Made by a program: the position numbers and the translations under genes. A stretch of DNA of 64,000 nt. Origin: Carcharhinus amblyrhynchos (Eukaryota). This document shows, piece after piece, positions 39,931 to 50,714 of this stretch (position 1 is the stretch's first letter; every line of letters begins with the position of its first letter). A model generated the notes under the pieces. That model was not told where the DNA came from and did no database searches. It worked only from the letters and a program-made list of their open reading frames with translations. The stretch is from contig OZ336878.1 in NCBI GenBank assembly GCA_965287045.1, positions 53,134,001 to 53,198,000 on the forward strand, written 5' to 3'.

Positions 39931-40053
39931 CTCTGGGCACTTGTGTGAGCTGGGCTTGGAGAGTCAGGATCTCTTCCCTCAGCATTCGATTCTCCTCTGA
40001 CAGCTGAGTCATTGTTTCCAGTCCCTGAATGTAGATGTTAGTTGGAGCAACAG
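39931..40053 (-). CDS. PDE4DIP: Myomegalin exon
   Basis: VAPTNIYIQGLETMTQLSEENRMLREEILTLQAQLTQVPR; 123 nt; phase 1-1. Confidence 0.92.
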
Positions 40054-40452
40054 CTACAACAAAATAAGAGGCACCAAATGAAACACAAAAATGCCATGAG
40101 TGGAAACTCCTCATCAAGGATTCCTATCCATAAGCATCCAACAAAGTATTGAATGAGTGACTACATGTCAAATTTGCAGACATGTGGATGATATGTCACT
40201 TATTTACGATTATTTATAATCACTTTGCATAATTATTTATGACAGACTGTAAAAATGACAAAGATACAAATATTTTGCGTAGATTTGTTCCACCGGTCTC
40301 AGAAAGAATTGTGGGGAGTAGAGGGGGTAAAGTGTGACTTGGTGAAAATATGATAAAAAAGGGCAGTAGAGTTGTGGATGTGCTAATGTTAATGCAGGAT
40401 AGAAGTCTAGGCAAAACAGCACTGAAGTAATGATCGGGATTTTGAGATTTTA

Positions 40453-40788
40453 GGGCGGCACAATAGCACAGTAGTTAGCACTGTTGTTTCACACTCCAGG
40501 GACCTGGGTTCAATTCCTGGCTCGGGTCACTGTCTGTTTGGAGTTTGCACATTCTCCTCGTGTCTGCGTGGGTTTCCTCCGGGTACTCCGCTTTCCTCCC
40601 ACAGTCCAAAGAATTGCAGGTTAGGTTGATTGGCCATGCTAAAATTGCCCCCTAGTGTCTTGAGGATAGAGGGATTAGAGGGTAAATATGTAGGGATATG
40701 GGGGTAGGGCCTGGGTGGGATTGTGGTCGGTGCAGACTCGATGAGCCGTAGGGCCTCTTTCTGCACTGTAGAGTTCTATAATTCTATG
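40453..40788 (+). mobile_element. Full-length tRNA-derived V-domain SINE (HE1-like)
   Basis: A-box tagcacagtagtt, B-box ggttcaattcc, V-domain tgtttggagtttgcacattctcc...ggtttcctcc, CR1-like tail ttctat. Confidence 0.88.
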
Positions 40789-41504
40789 AGTCTGCATGGG
40801 TCCCTCTGCCAGAGTTGAAAGTGAGGAAACTGGAGGTTGGGGAGGGGGTGTGTGTGTGTGTCCCACTTTGATGAGTGGCCTGCCCCCAGGGCTTCATTTT
40901 ATCAGCAGCAGCCATTTAACTGGCAGCTCAGCAGCACCACCACAATGCACCTGTACCTGGATGAAAAGGACACATGTCTGCCTTCACAATAAAGGAAGTG
41001 GGGGATTGCAGATTCCAGGGCCAGTCAGACAGGCAGAGGGTTGTTATTGAGGAAAGGCAGTGCCGTTGTTGCAGGAGAGGATACTGCAGCTAGGTGCCAA
41101 TCCAAGCTCCACAAAATGCCAAAAATGGAGACCATGCCATCCCAGAGCCCACTGGGAGATGGCCACAATTTACCTCTTCAATAAAAGAATTAATTTTCAA
41201 TGCTCTGTTGTGCTGAACTTCAAATCTCAGTTGCATTGCTGAGGAAATATAATAGGTAGAATTTAGTTGTTGTTCCTCAGTACAGAAAGGTAACTTGCAA
41301 GGAGAGTCATCCCTGGGTTAAGCTTCTGTCATGATGTGGATGTGCCGGCGTTGAACTGGGGTAAACACAGTAAAAAGACTTTTTACTTAAGCTTCTGTAT
41401 CACCTATTTAACTCATGATGAGCAATCCTGATAGTAATGTAGTGGAACATAATATACCCAGCTTCTGTTGCTAAATGGCAGTTTTTTTTCTAACATTAGA
41501 TACA

Positions 41505-42111
41505 ATCATAGAGTCATAGATGGAAACAGGCCCTTTGGTCCAACTTGTTTTTAAAACCCCTGAGCTAATCCCAATTGCCCGCATTTGGCCCATATCCCTC
41601 TGTATCCATTTTACCCATGTAACTGTCTAAATGCTTTTTAAAAGACAAAATTGTACCCACCTCTACTACTACCTCTGACAGCTTGTTCCAGACATTCACC
41701 ACCCTCTGTGTAAAAAAATTGCCCCTCTGGACACCTCTGTATGTCTCACCTTAAACCTATGCCCTCTAGTTTTAGACTCCCCTACCTTTGGGAAAAGATT
41801 TTGACTATCCAGCTGATCTATGCCCCTCATTATTTTACAGACCTCTATAAGATCACCCCTAAGTGTCCTATGCTCCAGAGAAAAATGTCCCAGTGTATCC
41901 AGTCTCTCCTTATAACTCAAACCATCAAATCCTAGAAGCATCCTAGTAAATCTTTTCTGCACTCTTTCTAGGTTAATAATATCCTTTCTATAATAGGGTG
42001 ACCAGAACTGTGCACAGTATTCCAAGTGTGGCTGTACCAATGTCTTATACAACTTCAATAAGACGTCCGAACTCCTGTATTCAGTGTTCTGACCAATGAA
42101 GCCAAGTGTGC
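41505..42111 (-). mobile_element. CR1 3' fragment of a third subfamily
   Basis: ORF 41696-42058 LYKTLVQPHLEYCAQFWSP...TRGHRFK. Confidence 0.9.
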
Positions 42112-42196
42112 TGTTGGGTTAGATTTGGGTTAGTTTATCAAAATCACAACCAGTTAAACTAGAATATAACGTGTCTGAATTCTGATAGCATCTTAC

Positions 42197-42328
42197 CATT
42201 TTCTTTGGTTGCAGCAGCCAGGCGCACTTCGAGCTGCTCCCTGAGTCGATTGTTTGTGTGGATGGATTCCTCTAGGCGTTGCCGCATGGTGCGTATCTCC
42301 TGAAAATGCTCCTCCAGCAACTCTGCAC
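42197..42328 (-). CDS. PDE4DIP: Myomegalin exon
   Basis: GAELLEEHFQEIRTMRQRLEESIHTNNRLREQLEVRLAAATKEN (human GADLLEEHLGEIRNLRQRLEESI); 132 nt; phase 1-1. Confidence 0.94.
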
Positions 42329-42595
42329 CTACACACAAAAGAGATGAAATATGGCTGCAGTTAATTTAATAATATGGAATATAAGTCCAAAGTGCTAACC
42401 AACTATTTGTCCACCAATTTATGGTGCTCTGAGATCCTACCGGAAAATAGGTTCTGGAAAATATTTCTTGAAGGTCAGTCAAAAACAATTCATGCCAACT
42501 TGTGCAGACAAGAGAAGATAATTGAAGAGTCAATACTGTACTCCACATCAAATCCAAAGTTAATGTGTTTAACTAGTCGGAAAATACTGAACAGA

Positions 42596-43030
42596 TAAAG
42601 ACCTTGCATTTATTTAGCATTTTTTAGATTATTAGGAGATCACAAAGCACTTCAAATATATTATTTTTTGAAGTGTTGTAACCATTATAATGTGGAGAAA
42701 ACAGCAGCCAATTTGGGAACAGTATGGTCCAACAAGAAGCAGAGATAAATGATTAAACAGAGTATGTCTTTCCAAATCAGCCAAGTGCACTGTGAGCAAG
42801 CATTAACTCCACACGAGTGGAGCACACTTTGCTGTGTTGGCCATATTTGTTTTTAGTGATGTTGGTTAAGAGATAAAGGGTGACCAGGACACCACAAAAA
42901 CTTCTTCATTTATCCTAAAATTGTGGCATGGGATCTTTCATGTTCAGTTGAAAGGCCAGACACGGCCTTAGGTGAACATCTCATCTGGACTCTAAGAAAA
43001 CAAAATTTTACTTAAATTGCAGTGTGTTAT
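42596..43030 (-). mobile_element. Ancient Deu-domain SINE (SacSINE1/AmnSINE1-like)
   Basis: Reverse complement shows tgtcctggtca...tttatctcttaaccaacatcactaaaaac...aaattggctgctgtttc...acacttcaaaa...taaatgcaagg, matching the recalled Deu consensus. Weaker copies near 2500-2680, 5225-5345, 25360-25580 and 56080-56330. Confidence 0.65.
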
Positions 43031-43277
43031 GTGTGCTTATAGATGGAAAGAAGGGTGATGTAAAAGAAAAAAACAATTACCCTGGAAATGCTGCTATCCA
43101 GTTTCTCTGACAGTGGGCAGTCTCTCAGCTTTCAAACCATATGCAGTCCGATGCCACCATGTAATTTAGGTATGTTACCTCATCACTGTTTCTTTTTTTT
43201 TATAAAATGTAAATTTTTTTATGGCTCAAATTTTATCGAGAGGTTTGGCAAAACCAGAATCTGCCTCTAAATGAGAG

Positions 43278-43382
43278 ACTATTCGCTTTGACAAAGGGTC
43301 ATCTGGATTCAAAACGTCAGCTCTTTTCTCTCCTTCCAAGTGCTGCCAGACCTACTGAGATTTTCCAGCATTTTCTCTCTTG
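43278..43382 (+). mobile_element. Second Penelope-like terminal fragment with degenerate hammerhead core
   Basis: GCT-TTGACAA-AGGGTC-atctg-GATTC-AAAAC-GTC-AGC followed by tgctgccagacctactgagattttccagcatttt. Confidence 0.5.
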
Positions 43383-43999
43383 ACTACAAGCTTTGTCTTT
43401 GTGGGTAGTTAATGTGTATTCTATAGAATCTCAGGAACCATGTGTAACTAATGGCCTATTAATTTGCAAATATCTCATGTTGAACAAACAACTAAAATTT
43501 GGAGCTCTAATTAGGATTAGGATTTGTATACCAAAAACATTTTTTATAACCTCACTTTTCAGAGCTCTGGGTCAAAAGATTCAAACTGAACAGACCAACA
43601 AATGCCAACTAAAATTACAAACAAAACTAAGTTGCCTGGGCTTCTTTCCAGGGCCCACAGGGTTTGTGGCTTCTGAAAACGCCTGTGCTAAAGGCGAGAA
43701 AGAGAGGGCAATAAGTGAACAGCGCACTCAGTAGGGTGCATATTTTCACCATACTGTCTGTGTTCACTCAACATTAATACAATTTTGGAGCTCTTCCTCA
43801 AGGCTTTCCCCCTCCTAATTGATGCTTTAAAAACTAAAAGAAAGAAATATTTTTATCAAGAGTTTTCATCTTACTGTAGAGGCTTCAAGCCAATTCACAT
43901 CCAACAATCTGCTCTGAAAACTCTGCTCATATTTTATCAACCATGCCAAATTCTACCATAGGAGCTGAGACAACCTACAAGATTGTAAGCAAATCAGCA

Positions 44000-45215
44000 A
44001 CATTCTAAAAAAAAAAATTCATCCTTATCTCCCAAGGTGAATAGATCCTTTAAAAATGACCAAAAGATTGACGCGGAAGGAAAGATTAGAGTACAAGCGA
44101 AAGCTAGTTTAAAACATAGATAGTAAGAGTTTATATAGCTATATCAAAAAAAATTAGCAAAGTGAGCAATAAAAAGTGAGTCTGGGGAATTAATAATGGA
44201 AAATAAGGAGATGGCAGGTGAATTGTATAGATATTTTGCATTGGTCTTCACCATAGGAGATACAAGTAACTCCCAGAAATAGCTGAAAATCAGTAAATGT
44301 AAGGGAGGAACACAGGAACAGTATAATCACCACGGTGATTTGGGCAGCGTGATGGCCTCACAGCACCAGGGACCCAGGTTTGATTCCTGGCTCTGGTCAT
44401 TGTGTGGAGTTTGCACATTCTCCCCAAACTGTGTGAGTTTCCTTCGTGCGCTCTGGTTTCCTCTCACAGTCCAAAGATGTGCAGGTTAGGTGGATTGACC
44501 ATGCTAAAATTGCCCCTTACTGTCAGGGAGACTGGCTAGGGTGAATGCACGGGGTTGTGGGGATTGGGCCTGGGTGGGATTGTGGTCAGTGTATACTTGA
44601 TGGGCTGAATGGCCTCCTGCTACACTGTAGATTCTATGATTTATGACCAGGGAAATCATACTTAGAAATTGGAACTGTGGGCCAACAGGTCCCTGGGTCC
44701 TGATGGAGTTCAAGTATCTTAAAAGAAGTGGCTAGTGAGATAGTTGATGCATTGGTTTTAATTTTCCAAAATTCCCTAGATTCGATGGAGATGCCATTAG
44801 ATTGGAAAATAGCAGATATAACTTCTTTATTCAAAAGGGAGACAGAAAGCAGAACAATGGGTCAGTTAGCTTAACATCTGTCAAAGCAAAAGGAGATAGA
44901 AGCTATTATTAGGGATATTATAGCAGGGCATTTAGAAATATTCAGGGTCATCAGGCAGAGTTAACATGGTTTTGTGAAAATGAAATCATGTTTGACCAAT
45001 TTATTGGAGTTCTTTGAAGTAATATCTGCTGTGGATAAAGGGGAACCAGTGAATGTGTTGTGTTTAGATTTCCAGAAAGCATTTGAGAAGGTGCTACATC
45101 ATTGCAAAAAATGAAATTTCATAGTGCAGGGGATAACATATTGTAGAGATAGAAAACTGGCTAGCTAACTGGAAACAAGAATAAGTATATGTGGGTCTTT
45201 TTTTGGTTGACAAGG
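44000..45215 (+). mobile_element. Degraded CR1 ORF2 with a V-SINE inserted at 44342-44645
   Basis: Similar to 8200-8870; QHGFVK..SCLTNLLEFF and DFQKAF remnants; SINE B-box and V-domain. Confidence 0.8.
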
Positions 45216-45328
45216 TATAATAAGTACTTTTGTATCATACTTTTTAGAACTTTGGAATGTGCTAAAACACTTCAAACGGTGTTGATAAAATTTGCATTTG
45301 CACGTATCAACACTATAGATGCAGGAAG

Positions 45329-48300
45329 AGTTAGGGATCCTCTTGGAACGAGCAATCATTGTATGGTTGAGTTTTTGATGCAGATGGAAGATGAGAAAGT
45401 AGGGTCCCGAACCTGTGTCCTCTGTTTGAAAAGAGGGGAGTATGATAGGATGAGAGAGGAATTGGCAAATGTAGATTGGGGACGCAGATTGGTTGGTAGG
45501 ACTGCTGAGGAACAGTGGAGGATCTTGGGAAGGACTATTACTTACGGGGCGAAAAACTGCAGCAGGCGACGGTGCAGAGGGACCTCGGGGTCCTTGTGCA
45601 TGAGTCGCAAAAACCCAGCTTGCAGGTGCAGCAGGTGGTCAGGAAGGCGAATGGGATGCTGGCCTTCATAGCGAGGGGGATTGAATATAAAAGTAGGGAG
45701 GTCTTGCTGCAGCTGTATAGGGCATTGGTGAGGCCGCAGCTGGAGTACTGTGTGCAGTTTTGGGCGCCGCACCTGCGCAAAGATATTTTGGCCTTGGAGG
45801 GAGTGCAGAGGAGGTTTACTAGGCTGATACCAGAGTTGAGGGGGTTGAGCTATGAGGAGAGGCTGAATAAACTGGGCTTGTACTCGTTAGAGTTTAGAAG
45901 AATGAGGGGAGATCTCATTGAGACGTATAAGATGATGAATGGGATGGATAGGATAGAGGTGGAAAGACTCTTCCCGCTCAAAAAAGACAGTAGGACTTGG
46001 GGCCATAGCCTCAAGATAAAGGGGGGGCGGTTTAGAACGGAGTTGAGGAGGAACTTCTTCACTCAAAGGGTGGTGAATCTTTGGAATTCTCTGCCCGTTG
46101 AAGTGGTGGAGGCTGCCTCGCTAAATATTTTTAAGACGCGGTTTGATGGGTTTTTGATAGGAGAGGGGATTAAGGGTTATAGGGAGAGGGCGGGAAAGTG
46201 GAACTGAGCAGTGACAGATCAGCCATGATCTTATTGAATGGCGGGGCAGGCTCGAAGGGCTGGATGGCCTACTCCTGCTCCTATTTCTTATGTTCTTATG
46301 TTTAAGAAGATCTTTTTCGGTGCTCAGCAGAAATATATTCCAATGGTAAAGAAGGAATGTAGGAGAAGGGATAACCAGCCATGGCTATCGAAGGAAATAA
46401 AGGACAGTATTAAATTAAAAGCTGATGCATTTAGACTGGCTAAAAGTAGTGGGCGAGTAGAAGATTGGGAGAGGTTTAAAAATCAACAAAGAATGACTAA
46501 GAAGTTGATAAAGAAAGGAAGGATAGACTATGAAGCTAAACTAGCACTAAATATAAAAAAGGACAGTAAAAGTTTTTACCAATATATAAAGAGGAGGCTG
46601 GCTAGAGCGAATGTTGGACCCTTAGAGGATGAGAGGGGGGATTTAGTGGTGGGAGATGAGGAAATGGCGGAGGCCTTAAATAAGTTTTTTGCCTCGGTCT
46701 TCACAGAGGAGGACGCGAATAGTTTGCCGAATATTAAAGATAGAAGGATAGTAGGAGTTGAGGGCCTGAATGCGATTACTGTCACTAGAGAGGTAGTGCT
46801 TGATAGACTAATGGGACTGATGGTGGACAAGTCCCCAGGACCAGATGGAATGCATCCCAGGGTTCTGAAGGAAATGGCAGAGGTGATAGTAGATGCCTTA
46901 GTGATTATTTACCAAACTTCGCTGGATTCCGGGGAAGCGCCGGAAGATTGAAAAACGGCTAATGTTCCGCCGCTGTTTAAAAAAGGTAGCAGGCAAAAGG
47001 CAGGGAATTATAGCCAGTTAGTTTAACGTCTGTAGTTGGAAAAATGCTTGAATCCGTCATCAAAGAAGAAATAGCGAGGCACCTAGAAAAGAATGGTTTG
47101 ATCGAGCAGACGCAGCACGGATTCGTTAAGGGGAAGTCGTGTTTGACGAATTTATTGGATTTCTATGAGGATGTGACTAGTGCAGTAGACAGAGGGGAAC
47201 CAGTGGATATGGTGTTCCTCGATTTTCAAAAGGCGTTTGATAAGGTGCCGCACAAAAGGTTGCTACAAAAGGTTAGGGGGCACGGAGTTGGGGGTAAGGT
47301 GTTAGCGTGGATAGAGGATTGGTTGTCTAATAGGAGGCAGAGAGTTGGTATCAATGGGTGCTATTCTAATTGGCGGTTGGTGACTAGTGGAGTGCCGCAG
47401 GGATCGGTGCTGGGGCCTCAGCTACTTACCATTTATATAGATGATCTGGAGGAGGGGGCTGAGTGTAGGGTAACGAAATTTGCTGATGACACAAAGATGA
47501 GTGGAAAAGCAAATTGTGCAGAGGGTGTGGAAAGTCTGCAGAGGGATCTGAATAGGCTGAGTGAGTGGGCGAGGACCTGGCAGATGGAGTACAATGTTAG
47601 CAAGTGTGAGGTTATCCACTTTGGCAGAAATAATAGTAGGAGGGATTATTATTTAAAGGGAGAAAAGCTGCAGCATGCTACGGTGCAGAGAGACCTGGGG
47701 GTCCTTGTGCATGAGTCGCAAAAACCCAGTCTGCAGGTGCAGCAGGTGATCAAGAAGGCGAATGGGATGCTGGTCTTTATAGCGAGGGGGATAGAATATA
47801 AAAGCAAGGAGGTCTTGCTGCAACTGTACAGGGCACTGGTGAGGCCGCAGCTGGAGTACTGTGTGCAGTTTTGGTTGCTGCACTTGCGCAAGGATATTTT
47901 GGCCTTGGAGGGAGTGCAGAGGTTCAACTAGGCTGATACCGGACATGAGGGGGTTGGACTATGAAGAGAGACTAAATAGACTGGGTCTGTACTTGTTGGA
48001 GTTTAGAAGGATGAAGGGGGATCTTATAGAGATGTATAAGATAATGAAAGGGATGGATAGGGTAGAGGTAGAGAGATTCTTCCCACTCAAAGGACAGCAA
48101 GACTAGAGGGCACAGCCTCAAGGGGGCGGGGGGGGGGGGGGCGGCAGTTTAGAACGGAGTTGAGGAGCAACTTCTTCACTCAAAGGGTGGTGAATCTCTG
48201 GAATTCTCTGCCAGTTGAAGTGGTGGAGGCTACCTCGCTAAATATATTTAAGTCACGGGTAGATAGGTTTCTGGTAGACAAGGGAATTAAGGGTTATGGA

Positions 48301-48417
48301 GAGAAAGTGGGAAAGTGGGAAAGTGGGAAAGTGGAACTGATCCACTTCAGATCAGCCATGATCTTATTGAATGGTGGGGCAGGCTCGAAGGGCTAGATGG
48401 CCTATTCTTATGTTCTT
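45329..48417 (+). mobile_element. Young CR1 LINE (about 2.3 kb of ORF2 plus 3'UTR) containing a nested CR1 3' fragment at about 45526-46300
   Basis: ORFs 45189-45671, 45515-46207, 46238-46951 and 47044-47931; two complete 3' tails at 46300 and 48417. Confidence 0.96.
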
Positions 48418-48702
48418 AATCACCAGGACTTGTGTGTACTTCAGCCAGTCTCATTCTGTTTTGCTGCTACTCTTTCTTGCCCAAATAATGTTTCTTTTTT
48501 ACTCCTTCCTTTCAGCTATCAGTTGCAGACACTGCTAGTTCCAGTACAATTGAACAGAGAATCTACCTCAATATAAATTGACAGTGTTAACTTTGATGCC
48601 TAATGTGGGTCTCAATCTGACCATTTTCACCCTGGGAAACTCTGTACTAATGATCTAATGAGAGAGATATGTTCAATTATCAGACCACAAATATTTGTTT
48701 AC

Positions 48703-48954
48703 CTGCTGTGTTAGTTCCTGACTGGTATCCTGAAGATCCAGAGGACACATCGCCAAGTGTATTGATTCTCAATGGTCGATGAGTTGTTTCCCAGAGTGCA
48801 CTGTTGTCCAAATAATTGTTAGTGGTTCGCACAGTCTCCTGCATACTGTTGGTGTTGTTCAGCTGCTGGTGAAGTGCATTGTTGGACTGTGAGGCACAGC
48901 CAACCTGTTCTAAATGTGAAGACATGCCAGTGCCTATTCCAGAAAAGGTCATAC
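48703..48954 (-). CDS. PDE4DIP: Myomegalin exon
   Basis: SMTFSG...LGDVSSGSSGYQSGTNTA (human GDLSSGSSVYQ); ctgcag|...|gtaaac; 252 nt. Confidence 0.88.
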
Positions 48955-50537
48955 CTGCAGGAGTGATTTTCAGCAGAGGCTCAGAAATTTGGAAGAGAAA
49001 GAGAAAACAAGCAGCTTACAGACATTCTGGCAGACACAAGGGATCACTCAAAGGCAAAAATCATACTCAGAAATCATTGTGTCACATCTGACCAATCACA
49101 AATGCCCATTTGCAGCACAAGCTGTTTTTCAATATTGCACTTATTCAATGATACAATTATTTGAGGACCTGATCCTTGCCATCAAAGGGTTAAACAATAT
49201 AAGAGCCACACAGAAGGTTTTCCATGAATAATGAATTCTTTCATCTCTTTCAGGAAATGTTGAAGTCTGGCAGTGGTTTATTTTGTTCCACATTGTTACC
49301 AGAACCATCCTCTGTCCTCTCCTCACTCAACTTCACAGGCAACAATCGTGGCCTTTTAATAAAGTACATTCTACAGAATCATGCAGTATCTTATAATTTG
49401 GTATTTTATCCATCTTACTGATTTAACATATTCATAGAATCATATCATTGGAATATCTTTTTCATTTATGTTAGTTTATTACATTGTCCCAAAGATAAGA
49501 AGGTGTATTGATTGTTCAAGCAAGCATTGGTTAGCAACTTTTGCATTAATAGCAATAGGTGTACATCATGCTGAGCAGTGAAAGGCTCTTGGAGCCAGAC
49601 AGGGCATTCAAAGACTGCAGTGAAAGGTTAGAAGGGGTATTCTGTGTCTCTGTATTTTGATCAGAGGCTCATCACCGTAAATAAGAAAACATCCTTCTGT
49701 GCATCTATTCAATTGGTTAATTTTCTGTTGCAAGTTGCTTATAGCTTTTCCTTTGGCACTATGCCTGCCATTGTTTGGATTTATCAGTCCTGTTTAATTT
49801 GAATGCCAATCCTTGAACTTCTCAGGAAATTTCAATCTGCTTTGATGTATCTTAAGATATAGGGTTAATTCAATTACCTCAGTACTGAGCCATGATCCAC
49901 ATGAATGCAGATTAGAGAATTGAGTAGGTCTTATCCTCAGCCCAGTTGTTCTCTGCCTGTGGTAGTCTGCTGGGTACATGGGATTATTGAATTTGTTGTT
50001 TCTTTTTGCCAATTTTCTCCCACTTCTGCAGGAATAGTTGTGCTATAGTTCCATGTTGCTATATTGTGGGTATGTTCTCATGGTTCTGGCTGCCCCATGT
50101 ACCTCAACCAATTAGCTCAACTGTAAGAGTCGGTACATTGTTCAACTGTTGAGGGCATCCCAGCGAAGTCTAATTGTGTCCTCGCCTGACAATTACGTAG
50201 ACCCAGTTTCCAATAGGAGTTACTGGGCAGCGATCCACACTACAAACCCCACCTGATTTTTCCTCCTGTGGTGCTGAGGCCAATTTTAGTTCACTATAAC
50301 CACATCAGCTGTGATACGATTGTTTAGCACAGACCAGTGATTGAACCTCCGAGTTGAAATAAAATTTAGAAAAAAATATAATAGATATCCATAAGTAAAG
50401 AAAACAAATGAATGGATCGTTAAAATACAGAAATATTTTTTAGTGCCCCAATTAAACCTCCACTTCACATCATGCCATTTTGCACATGCTGAGTTATACA
50501 GGTGGTATCCAAGCAGAATATCAGGTAAAATTCTCAC

Positions 50538-50714
50538 TTTCTCCCAGCTGTCTTTGCAACATGTGAAGTTCCTGCTGGACCTCGGCCAGGGAAAATGTTG
50601 ATGCTGTGGGGTAAGCTGGGCCAAAGGGTAAGCTTCTGAACTGACAAGGAATGTCAGCACAATATGAAGCGTGAGAGGCATTAGTGCTTTGTGGCACACT
50701 GCTTGAATAGAGGC
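50538..50714 (-). CDS. PDE4DIP: Myomegalin exon
   Basis: GLYSSSVP...FSLAEVQQELHMLQRQLGE (human SLAEAQQELQMLQKQLGE); 177 nt; phase 1-1. Confidence 0.9.

Noticed and set aside
40453-40525. tRNA gene
   Set aside because: The A/B boxes run straight into a V-domain and LINE-like tail, so this is a SINE head. The same applies at 59781 and 62740.
46238-46951. 237-aa ORF as an independent gene
   Set aside because: Chimera of the nested CR1 3'UTR and the host ORF2; ends at a W-to-stop mutation.
45329-48417. Intact autonomous LINE or novel reverse-transcriptase system
   Set aside because: 5'-truncated, with a stop and several frameshifts; ordinary CR1 RT motifs.
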